A DNA stretch of 62,674 bases, the filler included, from Nitrospirae bacterium CG2_30_53_67 (GTDB lineage: Bacteria; CG2-30-53-67), in NCBI GenBank assembly GCA_001873285.1. It is 5 parts of 5 records of this genome, joined end to end, with 100 filler letters (N's around TTAATTAATTAA, not from the genome) between each part and the next. Parts side by side here need not be neighbours in the genome. Positions count along the whole stretch, not along the records: positions 29,155 to 41,229 come from MNYV01000028.1; positions 41,330 to 51,920 come from MNYV01000109.1; 3 more parts are not named here. The stretch is one strand, 5' to 3'. Both the position numbers and the translations under genes were made by a program. Of the stretch, positions 38,063-48,009 are shown piece after piece (positions within the stretch are counted from its first letter, which is position 1; every line of letters begins with the position of its first letter). The notes below the pieces were generated by a model that searched no databases, had not been told where the DNA came from, and saw nothing but the letters and a program-made list of their open reading frames with translations.

Positions 38063-39982
38063 ATGAAGCAATTCTTCTGCAATTCAACAAAACGATTTCC
38101 GATTTGCCTCTCTTTGCTTTTTATCTTTTTGATCCAAGAGCCTTCTGCCTTCGCCAAAAGATCTGCCGAGGATCTGTACCGTACAGCGAAAAAGAACGAT
38201 ACAGAACTCGAACAGTCCCCGGAAAAAGAAAAATTCAGGAGCCAGTGGGAGCGGGTCATCCATGGTTTCTTGATGGTTGCGGACCGCTACCCCAAATCCG
38301 GCCTGGCCGATGATGCGCTTTACCAAGCCGGCATGGTCACGCTGAAACTCAGGCAGATCTCCAGATCCTCCAGGGACACCGAATCTTCTCTCCAAATTTT
38401 TGAACGCTTGTCCAAGACCTATCCGGACAGCCGGTATGCGGACGATGCGCAATACATGATCGGTGAGATCTACCGGACCATTAAAAATGCTCCTGAAAAG
38501 GCGTACACGGCCTATGCGGAGATTCCGGAGAGGTTCCCTAAAGGGGACATGGTGAAGGGAGCCAAGGATCGGCTCTCCGAACTTCCGTCACCCGCTCCGG
38601 AGAAAGCAGAAGAATCGGATCCATCGAATGGATCCGAACCGTTAGATTCTTCGGACAAGCTGGATGAGCCGTCCGCATCGGATATGAAGATACCGGAACA
38701 GCCGGGGATAAACGAAACACCGGCAGCAACGGAAGAAGCAGAAACTCAGAAAAAAGAGGGGCTGCAAGAGGCACATGGAACCACGGAAAGACCAGAAACA
38801 CCAGAAACACCAGAAACAAAAGGAAATGATCCCAATCAAAACAACGGTAATCCGGTCAACGGTCAGGTCCATGTCCTCGGTATCAGGCACTGGGCAGGAA
38901 GTGATTATGTCCGCGTGGTGATCGATCTGGACGGTCCGGTCCGCTTCAAACAGCAGCAGATCTCCAATCCGGACCGGGTCTTTGTGGACATTGAAAACAC
39001 CCGTCTTTCCCGGGCGCTCAAAAAAGAGCCCATCCATGTCTCCAAAGGATACCTTAAAGCGATCCGGATGGGTCAGTTCAATGCCGATACATCCAGGGTG
39101 GTGCTGGACCTTGAGAAGATCAGAAATGTTTCGGTTTTCTATCTTTCAGACCCTGACCGGATCGTCATGGATGTGGCCGGGGACGAATCCACGACCGAAA
39201 GGTTGACAAGGATCCGCAGTAAATTAAAGCAGGGGAGCGGCACGCTCACCCTTTCGGAACAGCTCGGCATGAAGGTCGCCAAGGTTGTGCTCGACCCCGG
39301 CCATGGAGGCAAGGACCCGGGTTGCATCGGGAAGAGCGGCTTGATGGAGAAAGAGATCACCCTCGACGTGGCCAGACGGTTGAAAAAACTTCTAAAAGAG
39401 AATCTCAATCTGCAGGTGATCATGACCCGTGACCGGGATGTCTTTGTCCCGCTGGATGAACGGACAGCCATCGCGAACCGTGAAAAAGCCGACCTCTTTA
39501 TCTCCATCCATGTCAATGCTGCCGAGGACCCATCACTGAGCGGCGTGGAGACCTGGTTCCTGGATTTTGCGGCCTCAGAGCGCGCCAAGAAGATCGCGGC
39601 GCGTGAAAACTTTTATTTTCAAAAACCGAGAAGTGATCTGGACAAGATCCTGAATGATCTCCTCTTCAACAGCAGGACGCAGGAGTCCAGCCGGCTGGCG
39701 GGAATTCTTCAAAATGATTTGACAAGCGGTCTGAATCAGAAATTCAAGGATATTCAGAACCATGGTGTGAAAGGGGCCCCATTTGTCGTCCTGGTAGGGG
39801 CCAGGATGCCGAGTGTCCTATCCGAGATCTCATTCATGAGCAACCCGACCGAGGAAAGGCGTTTGAAAAGCGCCAAATACCGTCATGATATAGCAAAAAG
39901 CCTGTTCAACGGCATTTTTAGGTATGTCAACTCTTCGGAATATGCGTCTTCGGCCAAGAGCCCCAAGAACCAGTCGGAGTGA
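38063..39982 (+). CDS. N-acetylmuramoyl-L-alanine amidase (TPR, AMIN and Amidase_3 domains; AmiC-like)
   Basis: Signal peptide, TPR helices, RVVIDL/DRVFVD AMIN strands, LDPGHGGKDPG, ISIHVNA, SEISF. Confidence 0.9.
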   Translation: MKQFFCNSTKRFPICLSLLFIFLIQEPSAFAKRSAEDLYRTAKKNDTELEQSPEKEKFRSQWERVIHGFLMVADRYPKSGLADDALYQAGMVTLKLRQISRSSRDTESSLQIFERLSKTYPDSRYADDAQYMIGEIYRTIKNAPEKAYTAYAEIPERFPKGDMVKGAKDRLSELPSPAPEKAEESDPSNGSEPLDSSDKLDEPSASDMKIPEQPGINETPAATEEAETQKKEGLQEAHGTTERPETPETPETKGNDPNQNNGNPVNGQVHVLGIRHWAGSDYVRVVIDLDGPVRFKQQQISNPDRVFVDIENTRLSRALKKEPIHVSKGYLKAIRMGQFNADTSRVVLDLEKIRNVSVFYLSDPDRIVMDVAGDESTTERLTRIRSKLKQGSGTLTLSEQLGMKVAKVVLDPGHGGKDPGCIGKSGLMEKEITLDVARRLKKLLKENLNLQVIMTRDRDVFVPLDERTAIANREKADLFISIHVNAAEDPSLSGVETWFLDFAASERAKKIAARENFYFQKPRSDLDKILNDLLFNSRTQESSRLAGILQNDLTSGLNQKFKDIQNHGVKGAPFVVLVGARMPSVLSEISFMSNPTEERRLKSAKYRHDIAKSLFNGIFRYVNSSEYASSAKSPKNQSE

Positions 39983-40102
39983 TGTTCTCATGATCACTGA
40001 GAAGGACAGGATTTGTATCGTCTGATCGCTCCCGCCGTCAACCTTCACCGTCAGTTGTCGTGATAGATGATCTGTTCCATCCCGAGTAAAGGCCTGTTTG
40101 TT

Positions 40103-40843
40103 ATGGAACGAAACCTGAAGCTGATTATTGAGTATCAAGGGACCCGGTACCATGGCTGGCAGATCCAGCCCAATGGGATCAGCATTGAGGAGAAGATCGA
40201 GGAGATCCTGGAAAGGCTGACCGGCCAAAGGCCCAAGGTCATAGGCGCCGGCAGGACCGATGCAGGCGTTCATGCCGAAGGACAGACCGCCCATTTCAAG
40301 ACCCTGAGTTCCATGGATTGCAAGGCCCTCCAGCGGGGAATGAATGCCCTGCTGCCTAACGACATTGTGGTCCTGAACGTTGAGGAAGCCGAGAGGGATT
40401 TTCATGCCCTGTTCAGTGCGAAAGGCAAGACGTATCGGTATGTGATCCTGAACCGCGCCCACCCATCCGTTTTTGAGCGGGATCGCTGCTGGCATATCTC
40501 ACGTCGTCTGGATTTGGATGCCATGAGAGAGGGGGCCATGCCTCTGATCGGCCGGCACGATTTTTCGGCATTTCAGGCTTCGGGCTGTTGCGCCAGAAAC
40601 CCGGTCCGGGAAATCCGCGGAATCGAAATCCATGCGAAGGACGGTTGGATATCGATCACCGTCTCTGCGAATGGATTCTTAAAATATATGGTCCGGAATA
40701 TTGTGGGAACCTTGGTCGAGGTGGGGAGGGGGAAGATGGCCCCCATGGATGTCCAGAGAATCCTTGACAGCCGGGACAGGACCCAGGCCGGTCCTACGGC
40801 TCCGGCCCAAGGGCTCTTCCTGGTCTTTGTGGACTACGGCTGA
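40103..40843 (+). CDS. truA: tRNA pseudouridine(38-40) synthase
   Basis: YQGTRYHGWQ, GAGRTDAGVHA, GFLKYMVRNIVG, TAPAQGL. Confidence 0.96.
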   Translation: MERNLKLIIEYQGTRYHGWQIQPNGISIEEKIEEILERLTGQRPKVIGAGRTDAGVHAEGQTAHFKTLSSMDCKALQRGMNALLPNDIVVLNVEEAERDFHALFSAKGKTYRYVILNRAHPSVFERDRCWHISRRLDLDAMREGAMPLIGRHDFSAFQASGCCARNPVREIRGIEIHAKDGWISITVSANGFLKYMVRNIVGTLVEVGRGKMAPMDVQRILDSRDRTQAGPTAPAQGLFLVFVDYG

Positions 40844-40855
40844 TCCGGCAGTTAT

Positions 40856-41007
40856 TAAGGTTCTCATAATAGAAACGACATCATGTAGAAAATCCTTCCC
40901 CCGATAAACCCATTCGAGGGCAGGCTCTAACCTCCCTTTGCCCCTTCGACTGCGCTCAGGGCAGGCGCCGGGGAGGCATTTCCCCCTCTTTGGAAAAGAG
41001 GGGGAAG
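40856..41007. repeat. Repeat family C copy with nested palindromes
   Basis: TAAGGTTCTCATAATAGAAACGACATCAT..CGATAAACCCATTCGAGGGCAGGC..TCCCCCTCTTTGGAAAAGAGGGGGAA. Confidence 0.7.
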
Positions 41008-41028
41008 GACAGTAAATAGGGGACAGTA

Positions 41029-41142
41029 AATAGGGACAGCGCCCATTTATTGTTAGGGCACTTGTAATGAGACATACATTCTGCATAAATTCTTCCAATA
41101 TGAAATCTAAAGATAGAAAAATAAATGGGCGCTGTCCCTATT
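41029..41142. repeat. Perfect 23-bp inverted repeat pair with a 68-bp AT-rich spacer (REPIN-like)
   Basis: AATAGGGACAGCGCCCATTTATT (41029-41051) and AATAAATGGGCGCTGTCCCTATT (41120-41142). Confidence 0.8.
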
Positions 41143-41229
41143 ATTACTATTATTAAACGTCCCTATTATTAAACGAATTTGCAGTGAAAAAGCCTTGAAA
41201 AATGGTTGGTTCTGTATTATCGTAGGGTC

Positions 41230-41329
41230 NNNNNNNNNNNNNNNNNNNNNNNNNNNNNNNNNNNNNNNNNNNNTTAATTAATTAANNNNNNNNNNNNNNN
41301 NNNNNNNNNNNNNNNNNNNNNNNNNNNNN
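41230..41329. other. Assembly linker
   Basis: N run with TTAATTAATTAA. Confidence 0.97.
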
Positions 41330-41419
41330 ATCCGGAACATCCCCTCATTGGCCTGCTCGGCCCGGCTTCCATGACCGATTAATAATAAAGCTTCCATCAC
41401 TTCACTTCTCTTCTTTTCT

Positions 41420-41638
41420 GGTTCTTCTCCCATTTAGTGGGTAAAAAGGGTTCGAGGATTCCAGGGTTCAAGGGGTCAAGTGAAATACTTAAACGCAAGC
41501 AAAATCTCCAGAGAAAAACACTGGAATCCTTGAACCCTAGGACCCTCGGCCCCTTATGTTCTTAGCACCTCACTTGACCCCTGGAATCCTGGACCCCTTG
41601 ACCCCTGATGTTTTCACCCACTCTTTTGGAGATGATCC
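41420..41638 (-). mobile_element. MITE family A copy 6
   Basis: GGTTCTTCTCCCATTTAGTGGG ... CTTTTGGAGATGATCC; 4 bp downstream of the cca stop codon. Confidence 0.82.
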
Positions 41639-41642
41639 TTAT

Positions 41643-44267
41643 TTACAGAAATTCCTTCCTAATCAGTCGGATCTCCTCTTCCTTGGTTTTGACTTGGCCG
41701 TCCAGTCGGGCGTCCATCAGCCTGTTTAAGATCCGCTGATAAATGGGTCCGGGTTTGAACCCGAGTTTGCGGATCTCCTGGCCGGTGAGTTCCGGTTTGA
41801 TGTTTCTAAGCCGGGTCAGGAAAGAGGAGAAGCGTTCTTTCGCGGTCTCTGAGGTCGTGGACGCCATCATCAGGAGTATGGTTTCCACCGGAACAGGAGA
41901 GAGCATGCCATGGATCTCACTCGGGAGGATTTTCTTGCGGTTCTTGAACCGGTTGAGAATCCGGGAGAAGGCATCGGTCCCGATCAGGTACCTGCTGAAG
42001 AAATCCCTGCTGAGGTCCAGGGTCTTTTCCACCTGCCTGATCTCTTTCTCTTCGAGTGGGAGGAGGAGACCCATGAGGCAGACCAGATAGGTCTCGACCT
42101 TGATGTCCAGGAAGAGAAGATCAAACCAGGCTATAACGTTCTTGATGGAGGAAAAGAGTTTTTCCGAATCGGATGTCAGCCTCAGATTGGGGTGGATGAA
42201 TTGGAGAAGGTCAAACGACTCCATGCGCCTGATTGATGGGAAGGGGTCTTCTTCCTGGAAGAGGTATTTCAATTCGACGAAGAGCCGCTTGCCCGAGAGT
42301 TTCTGGAAAAGGTTCATGCGGACGGCGCTCTTGATCAGGCCGGCGGTCTGCCGGCCGATATTGAAGTGGAACCGGGTCTCGAACCGGATGGCCCGGAAGG
42401 CGCGCGTGGGGTCTTCCACGAAACTTAAGTTGTGCAAGACCCGGATGGCCCGGTCCTTGAGATCCCTCTGCCCTCCGAAATAGTCGACCAGATGTCCGAA
42501 CGCCTTGCCGTTGAGCTGGATGATCAGAGTGTTGATGGCGAAGTCCCTTCGGTAGAGGTCTTTTTTAACGGAACTGATTTCGACCCTGGGGAGGGCCGCA
42601 GGATAATCATAGTATTCGGTCCTCGCCGTGGCCATGTCCACCCGGAATCCGTCCGGGAGGATGACCACCGCGGTCCCGAACTTGGGATGGCCCTTGACCC
42701 TTGCCTTGAAGCGCTCCGCAAAGGCATGGGCCAGTTTGATGGCGTCCCCTTTGATTACAATATCGACGTCCAGGTTCTCGATACCGAGAAGGAGGTCCCG
42801 GACAAAGCCTCCGACCACGTATGCCGAATAGCCGAGTTCATCGGCGGTCTTTCCCACATGACGGAGGATCCTGATGACCGGGGATGGGATCATTTCATCC
42901 AAGAGTTTTTTCACATTTTTGCTGAAAAGGTATTCGTTCTCATCGTTCAGGGCATAGGGAGTCTGAGGTTTCTTCCGGATATCCTCATGGAGCGCCATCA
43001 GGAGGTCGGTGCGGGTGACGGCCCCGATGACCCGGCCGTTCTCAAGTACCGGCATCATGCGCTGGTTCTTCTCGATCATGTCTTCTTCGATGGTGAAGAG
43101 CGATGTGGTCCTGTCCGCCGTCAAGACCTCCGTGCTCATAAAGTCCCGGACCGGGGTCTGCTGCAATTCATGGAAGATCCCCTTCTGCACGACCTCCCGC
43201 GTCACGACGCCGGCGAATCTCTCCCCTTCCACGACCGGAAGGGCATTGATATTGTAGCGGGTCATGATCTCCGATGCCTCGACCAGGTTCTTGTCCGCCT
43301 GAATGGTGATGACCGGCGAGGTCATGATTTCCTCGGCGCTCCGGACCGGAAGGATATGTTTTTTCAAAATCTGCAGGAGCTCCTCCTGGATTTGAAGCAG
43401 GGTCTTTTCCTTGATCGTGGCTGAGGCGGCCGTGGGGTGCCCCCCTCCGTTCATCTCGGCAAGGACCTCGCCGACGTTCACCTCGGGCAGTCTGGACCGG
43501 GCGATCAGGTGGACCCGGTCTCCCATGCGGACCAGAACGAATAACACATTGATGTTTTCAATATCCCGGAGCTTATGGGCCAGAATCGATATGTCGCCCA
43601 CATACTGGTCCACTGATGCCGTTGCCAGGATCACGTCGATCCCCCGTATGGTATGGGTCCTTGCCGACTGGATGAGATCGTTCAGGAGGCCGAACTGCTC
43701 CACGGTGAGCTCTTTGGTGATGAAGTCCGAGACCATGTTGAGGTCCGCACCCTGGGTTAGAAGATATGCGGCTGCATTGAGGTCCTCCCTGCGGGTCGAG
43801 GCGAAGGTGAAGGAACCCGTGTCTTCATAGATCCCGATGGCCATGATGGTCGCCTCCAGAGGGGTGATGGGAATCCCTTTCTCCTGGATCATCTCCACCA
43901 GGATGGTGGTGGTGGAGCCCCGTTCCCGGATCACGGCATAGTCGGCCCGGATGTCCCCCGGCGTTACCGGATGGTGATCGAAGATGTGAATGGGAATACC
44001 GGGTTTGCCGATCAGTTCGGCGAACTTTCCGATCCGGCTCGACGACTTGGTGTCTACGAGGATCAACCGGGTGACCTCTTCTATTTTGATATTTTTAAGA
44101 CGCTCAAAATTCAGGGCATAACTCGCGGAATGCAGAAAGAACTGGTGAAGGCCGTGTTCCTGCGAACCCGGGAAGACCATCCTGGCCTCAGGGTAGAATT
44201 TTTTTGCCGCCACCATGGAGGCCAGGCAGTCGAAATCCGCATTGGTATGGGTGGTGATGACGTCCAT
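41643..44267 (-). CDS. cca: tRNA nucleotidyltransferase with N-terminal DHH/DHHA1 and CBS domains (probable A-adding type)
   Basis: HTNADFD, VDT, DHH, GGGH; CBS pair; VGGFVRD..DVD, ARTEYY, RRDFAIN, EDPTRAFRAIRF. Confidence 0.9.
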   Translation of the reverse strand: MDVITTHTNADFDCLASMVAAKKFYPEARMVFPGSQEHGLHQFFLHSASYALNFERLKNIKIEEVTRLILVDTKSSSRIGKFAELIGKPGIPIHIFDHHPVTPGDIRADYAVIRERGSTTTILVEMIQEKGIPITPLEATIMAIGIYEDTGSFTFASTRREDLNAAAYLLTQGADLNMVSDFITKELTVEQFGLLNDLIQSARTHTIRGIDVILATASVDQYVGDISILAHKLRDIENINVLFVLVRMGDRVHLIARSRLPEVNVGEVLAEMNGGGHPTAASATIKEKTLLQIQEELLQILKKHILPVRSAEEIMTSPVITIQADKNLVEASEIMTRYNINALPVVEGERFAGVVTREVVQKGIFHELQQTPVRDFMSTEVLTADRTTSLFTIEEDMIEKNQRMMPVLENGRVIGAVTRTDLLMALHEDIRKKPQTPYALNDENEYLFSKNVKKLLDEMIPSPVIRILRHVGKTADELGYSAYVVGGFVRDLLLGIENLDVDIVIKGDAIKLAHAFAERFKARVKGHPKFGTAVVILPDGFRVDMATARTEYYDYPAALPRVEISSVKKDLYRRDFAINTLIIQLNGKAFGHLVDYFGGQRDLKDRAIRVLHNLSFVEDPTRAFRAIRFETRFHFNIGRQTAGLIKSAVRMNLFQKLSGKRLFVELKYLFQEEDPFPSIRRMESFDLLQFIHPNLRLTSDSEKLFSSIKNVIAWFDLLFLDIKVETYLVCLMGLLLPLEEKEIRQVEKTLDLSRDFFSRYLIGTDAFSRILNRFKNRKKILPSEIHGMLSPVPVETILLMMASTTSETAKERFSSFLTRLRNIKPELTGQEIRKLGFKPGPIYQRILNRLMDARLDGQVKTKEEEIRLIRKEFL

Positions 44268-44430
44268 AGTTTGAACAAAACCTTGTTTTCCAAGTAATTT
44301 TCTGTCCTTAGCATAGAATGTGCGAACGGTCTTGTCAAACCTTTCCGCTCTTCTTGAATCTCCTTGACGGAATAGGCAAAAGATGTTAAAAAATGAAAAT
44401 GATTCAGGGATAGTCCTGATGATATAAAAT

Positions 44431-44505
44431 GCCGCTGTAGCTCAATGGTAGAGCAACTGATCCGTAATCAGTAGGTTGGAGGTTCAATCCCTCTCAGCGG
44501 CTCCA
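44431..44505 (+). tRNA. tRNA-Thr(CGT)
   Basis: Acceptor GCCGCTG/CAGCGGC with TCCA, D arm GCTC/GAGC, anticodon arm ACTGA-TCCGTAA-TCAGT, T loop TTCAATC. Confidence 0.93.
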
Positions 44506-44564
44506 TGGTTCTTTCCACGGGCCTATGACGGGATCATATCCGAAAATTTCAGGACGGACACAGG

Positions 44565-46007
44565 ATGGCCTATCAAGATTTACGGGATTTTGTACGGGCC
44601 CTGGAACAGAAATCTCTTCTCAAGAGAATCCAGGTGGAGGTGGACCCGGAATTGGAGATCACGGAGATCACGGACCGCGTCTCCAAAGAGGCGGGCCCGG
44701 CCCTGCTTTTTGAAAAGGTCAAAGGCTCCCCTTATCCGCTCCTGATCAATGCCTTCGGGAGCATGGAAAGGATCTGCCTCGCCCTCGAGGTGGGTTCCCT
44801 GGATGAGATCGCCCGGAGGATTCAGAATATCGTTGAGCCGGAGATCCCCACCAACCTGATCGAAAAGATCAAACAGCTCCCCAAGCTGAAAAGGCTGGCC
44901 GATTTTATCCCCAAGACCGTGAAGACGGGACCGGTCAAGGAGGTTATCGAGAAGGACCGTCCTTCCCTCTCGTCCTTGCCGATCCTCAAGTGCTGGCCTC
45001 TGGATGGGGGCCGGTTCATTACACTGCCTCTGATCTTTACAAAAAATCCCGTCACCGGGACCCAGAACTGCGGGATGTACCGCATGCAGGTCTATGATGA
45101 GAAGACCACGGGGATGCACTGGCACGTCCACAAGCACGGCTCCCGCCATTACCAGGATTCAGAGCGCCGGCATGAGCGGCTCCCCGTGGCCGTGGCGCTC
45201 GGGGGGGACCCCGCGGTCATCTATTCAGCCACGGCCCCGCTCCCGGATGAGTTCGACGAGATGCTTTTTGCCGGATTCCTGCGCGGGGGGCCGGTGGAGA
45301 TGGTTCCCTGCGAGACCGTGGACCTCATGGCGCCGGCCCATGCCGAGATCATTCTGGAGGGGTATGTGGATCCTGGGGAGAGCAGGGTCGAGGGCCCCTT
45401 CGGCGATCATACGGGCTATTATTCCCTGTCCGAGCCCTATCCGGTCTTTCACATCACCTGTATGACACGCAGGAAAAACCCGCTCTATCCCGCGACCATC
45501 GTGGGGAAGCCGCCCATGGAGGACTGCTATCTGGGCAAGGCCACGGAACGGATCTTCCTCCCCCTGCTGAAAAAGCAGCTCCCGGAGGTCGTGGACATGA
45601 ACCTCCCGATTGAGGGGATCTTCCACAACATGGTCTTCGTCTCCATCGACAAGCGGTATCCGGGCCATGCCCGGAAGGTCATGCATTCGATCTGGGGGAC
45701 CGGCCAGATGATGTTTACCAAGATGATCGTGGTTGTGGATGCCCATGTGAACGTGCAGAACACCTCCGAGGTCCTCTGGCGCCTCGGGAACAACGTGGAC
45801 TGGAAAAGGGACGTGGAGGTTGTGCAAGGCCCTCTGGATGCGTTGGACCACGCCTCACCCCTTCCCAAGTACGGGGCCAAGATCGGGATCGATGCGACCA
45901 AGAAGTGGCCCGCCGAAGGGCATCTCAGGGAATGGCCTGAGGATATCATCATGACGGAGGAGATCCGGGCTCTGGTGACTGCCCGCTGGAAAGCGTACGG
46001 ATTTTGA
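44565..46007 (+). CDS. UbiD-family decarboxylase (probable menaquinone biosynthesis)
   Basis: GPALLFE, DGGRFITLP, NCGMYR, EIILEG, EGPFGDHTGYY, GIDAT. Confidence 0.92.
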   Translation: MAYQDLRDFVRALEQKSLLKRIQVEVDPELEITEITDRVSKEAGPALLFEKVKGSPYPLLINAFGSMERICLALEVGSLDEIARRIQNIVEPEIPTNLIEKIKQLPKLKRLADFIPKTVKTGPVKEVIEKDRPSLSSLPILKCWPLDGGRFITLPLIFTKNPVTGTQNCGMYRMQVYDEKTTGMHWHVHKHGSRHYQDSERRHERLPVAVALGGDPAVIYSATAPLPDEFDEMLFAGFLRGGPVEMVPCETVDLMAPAHAEIILEGYVDPGESRVEGPFGDHTGYYSLSEPYPVFHITCMTRRKNPLYPATIVGKPPMEDCYLGKATERIFLPLLKKQLPEVVDMNLPIEGIFHNMVFVSIDKRYPGHARKVMHSIWGTGQMMFTKMIVVVDAHVNVQNTSEVLWRLGNNVDWKRDVEVVQGPLDALDHASPLPKYGAKIGIDATKKWPAEGHLREWPEDIIMTEEIRALVTARWKAYGF

Positions 46008-46115
46008 TCTGCACCCTAAAATCCGGCTTTGCCGGAGATTTATGATACTCATGCCGTGTTTCGGGTCTGGCCCGGAATGGCGGCTATGACGGTCTCTGCG
46101 GATAGGAGGTTACCC

Positions 46116-46853
46116 ATGAGTGTTCATCGTCCCTATGTCCCTATCTTCCGTATAGTTTTCCTGCTGATCCTCTCCATGGTGTTTCTGTCGTGCGGGGCCG
46201 GCAAAGGGATTGTGGAGGACGTCCATCTTCAGAGGGACCTGCAGGTCTGGTATGCGCCGGATCTCCAGAAGATCCGGATCAAACAGGTAGCCATCCTCCC
46301 CTTTGTCATGCCGGAGATCCGCCAGGGAGACAAGGAATCGGATGTGATCTGTTCCTTTTGCGGCCATCCCTTGCGTGAGCACAAAGACTTCTCCATAGAG
46401 GGGGGGCTCCTTGCGGAATACCTGTATAAAGATCTGAAGAAGTCGGCGCCTTACGAGGTCATCCCTTTGGATCAGGCCTTTTCCATTTTTCATCTCCAAA
46501 AAGGGGCGAAGGACATTTATAATGATATCCAGCTCATCATGGAACTGGGGAAAAAACTCGGGGTGGATGCTGTAGTGGTGGGGGAGGTCCTGCGGATCCA
46601 TGAACGGGTGGGAGGAAACTATTCCATCGTCAGCCCGGCCTCGGTTGCATTCCGGCTGAAGATGATCCAAGTTCAGGACGGCATGGAGTTCTATAAAGTT
46701 TTGTACGATGAAACTCAAAAACCGTTGAGCGAGGAGCCGCAAAGGCTCTTTCACTGGTCCAAGATCCGGTTCCGCTGGCTCACGGCGGATCAGCTCACCC
46801 GCGCCGGGATCCATGAATCGGTGATGACATTTCCCGGAGTGCCGGTACGGTGA
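46116..46853 (+). CDS. Putative lipoprotein
   Basis: AGGAGG RBS, lipobox FLSC, VAILPF, CSFC, LGVDAVVVG..PASVAF. Confidence 0.7.
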   Translation: MSVHRPYVPIFRIVFLLILSMVFLSCGAGKGIVEDVHLQRDLQVWYAPDLQKIRIKQVAILPFVMPEIRQGDKESDVICSFCGHPLREHKDFSIEGGLLAEYLYKDLKKSAPYEVIPLDQAFSIFHLQKGAKDIYNDIQLIMELGKKLGVDAVVVGEVLRIHERVGGNYSIVSPASVAFRLKMIQVQDGMEFYKVLYDETQKPLSEEPQRLFHWSKIRFRWLTADQLTRAGIHESVMTFPGVPVR

Positions 46854-46871
46854 TGCCAAGGATAGGGCTAT

Positions 46872-47001
46872 AAATTCTAAACCCTAATGTCGAAATCCTA
46901 AACAAATCCAAAATCCAAATGTCCAAAACATTTAAATTCTGAACCGTTCTGTTTTGAATTTTGGTTATTTGAAATTGTTTAGGATTTAGAACTTAGAATT
47001 T
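46872..47001. repeat. Heptamer-repeat long hairpin
   Basis: AAATCCTAAACAA (46893) pairs with TTGTTTAGGATTT (46975); AAATTCTAA pairs with TTAGAATTT. Confidence 0.7.
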
Positions 47002-47025
47002 TGAAATTGTAAGGGAAAAAAAATT

Positions 47026-47754
47026 ATGGATCAGTTCCTGTTTGCATTTTTAGGCGGCCTGCTTTCTTTCATTTCGCCTTGTGTCTTGCCCCTGGTGCCG
47101 GCGTACATCTCTTATATTTCCGGTGTTTCGGTTGAACAACTGACCGGGAGGGAGAAGCCTTCGGCCCTCCTTCCCGGCATCCTGGCCGGTTCCGTGCTTT
47201 TTGTGGCCGGGTTTTCCCTGGTCTTCACCCTTCTCGGGGCATCGGCCACCCTGATCGGGCATATCATGACCGGTCACATGGGCCTGCTGCGCAGAATCGC
47301 AGGTCTCGCCCTGGTGGTCCTGGGCCTGCATACCACGGGCCTTTTCAGGATCGGTTTTCTGAATTATGAAAAAAGATTCCATGTCAGGACAAAACGGATC
47401 TCCTATCTCCAGGCCTTTGTCATCGGGGTGGTTTTCGCCTTCGGCTGGACCCCCTGTATCGGGCCCATCCTGGCAGGGATCCTGGCCATGGCCGGGACCC
47501 AGGAGAGCGTAATGACCGGGGTCCTCCTCCTCCTCATTTACGCCATGGGTCTTGGTATCCCCTTCATCCTCATGGGCCTTGCGACCGGCTGGTCGTTGTC
47601 CTTTATCAGCCGGGTCAAAAAGCACTTCAAGGCTGTGGAAGCGGTATCCGGGATCCTGCTGATCACCATCGGCGTGATGATCTTCATGAACCGCCTGGGG
47701 TATTTTTCAGTCTGGATCATGAAGGTCTTCCCGGCTTTGTCACGGTTCGGGTAG
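47026..47754 (+). CDS. ccdA: Cytochrome c biogenesis protein CcdA
   Basis: SFISPCVLPLVP and WTPCIGPIL; about 6 TM segments. Confidence 0.93.
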   Translation: MDQFLFAFLGGLLSFISPCVLPLVPAYISYISGVSVEQLTGREKPSALLPGILAGSVLFVAGFSLVFTLLGASATLIGHIMTGHMGLLRRIAGLALVVLGLHTTGLFRIGFLNYEKRFHVRTKRISYLQAFVIGVVFAFGWTPCIGPILAGILAMAGTQESVMTGVLLLLIYAMGLGIPFILMGLATGWSLSFISRVKKHFKAVEAVSGILLITIGVMIFMNRLGYFSVWIMKVFPALSRFG

Positions 47755-48009
47755 GACCACTAAGGATTCGGTCTTTGAACAGGACATTCTCGCCCTTCCG
47801 AACAAGCAATAGGGCGAAATCGAGGGGTTATCTCTCCAATTTCTCGATGTCAAAACCAACCAAATTAAATCTTGACAAAAAACGGCCCACCACATTAACA
47901 TATCAATAGTAAAGGATTTTTCTGTTTCTTGAACTTCAGGTGGATTCAGAACTCGGAGATGGCATGATATTGTTTGAGAATATTGGCTCATACCAGGAGA
48001 TTCATGCTT

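Noticed and set aside
38791..38817. ACCAGAAAC repeated three times
   Set aside because: In-frame Pro-Glu-Thr linker in the amidase; ordinary low-complexity sequence.
41050..41065. GTTAGGG as an integron attC core
   Set aside because: Does not fit GTTRRRY; no matching inverse core, cassette ORF or integrase seen.
44506..44565. tRNA 3' end as an integration site
   Set aside because: No duplicate of the tRNA 3' end or integrase gene seen; a housekeeping gene follows directly.
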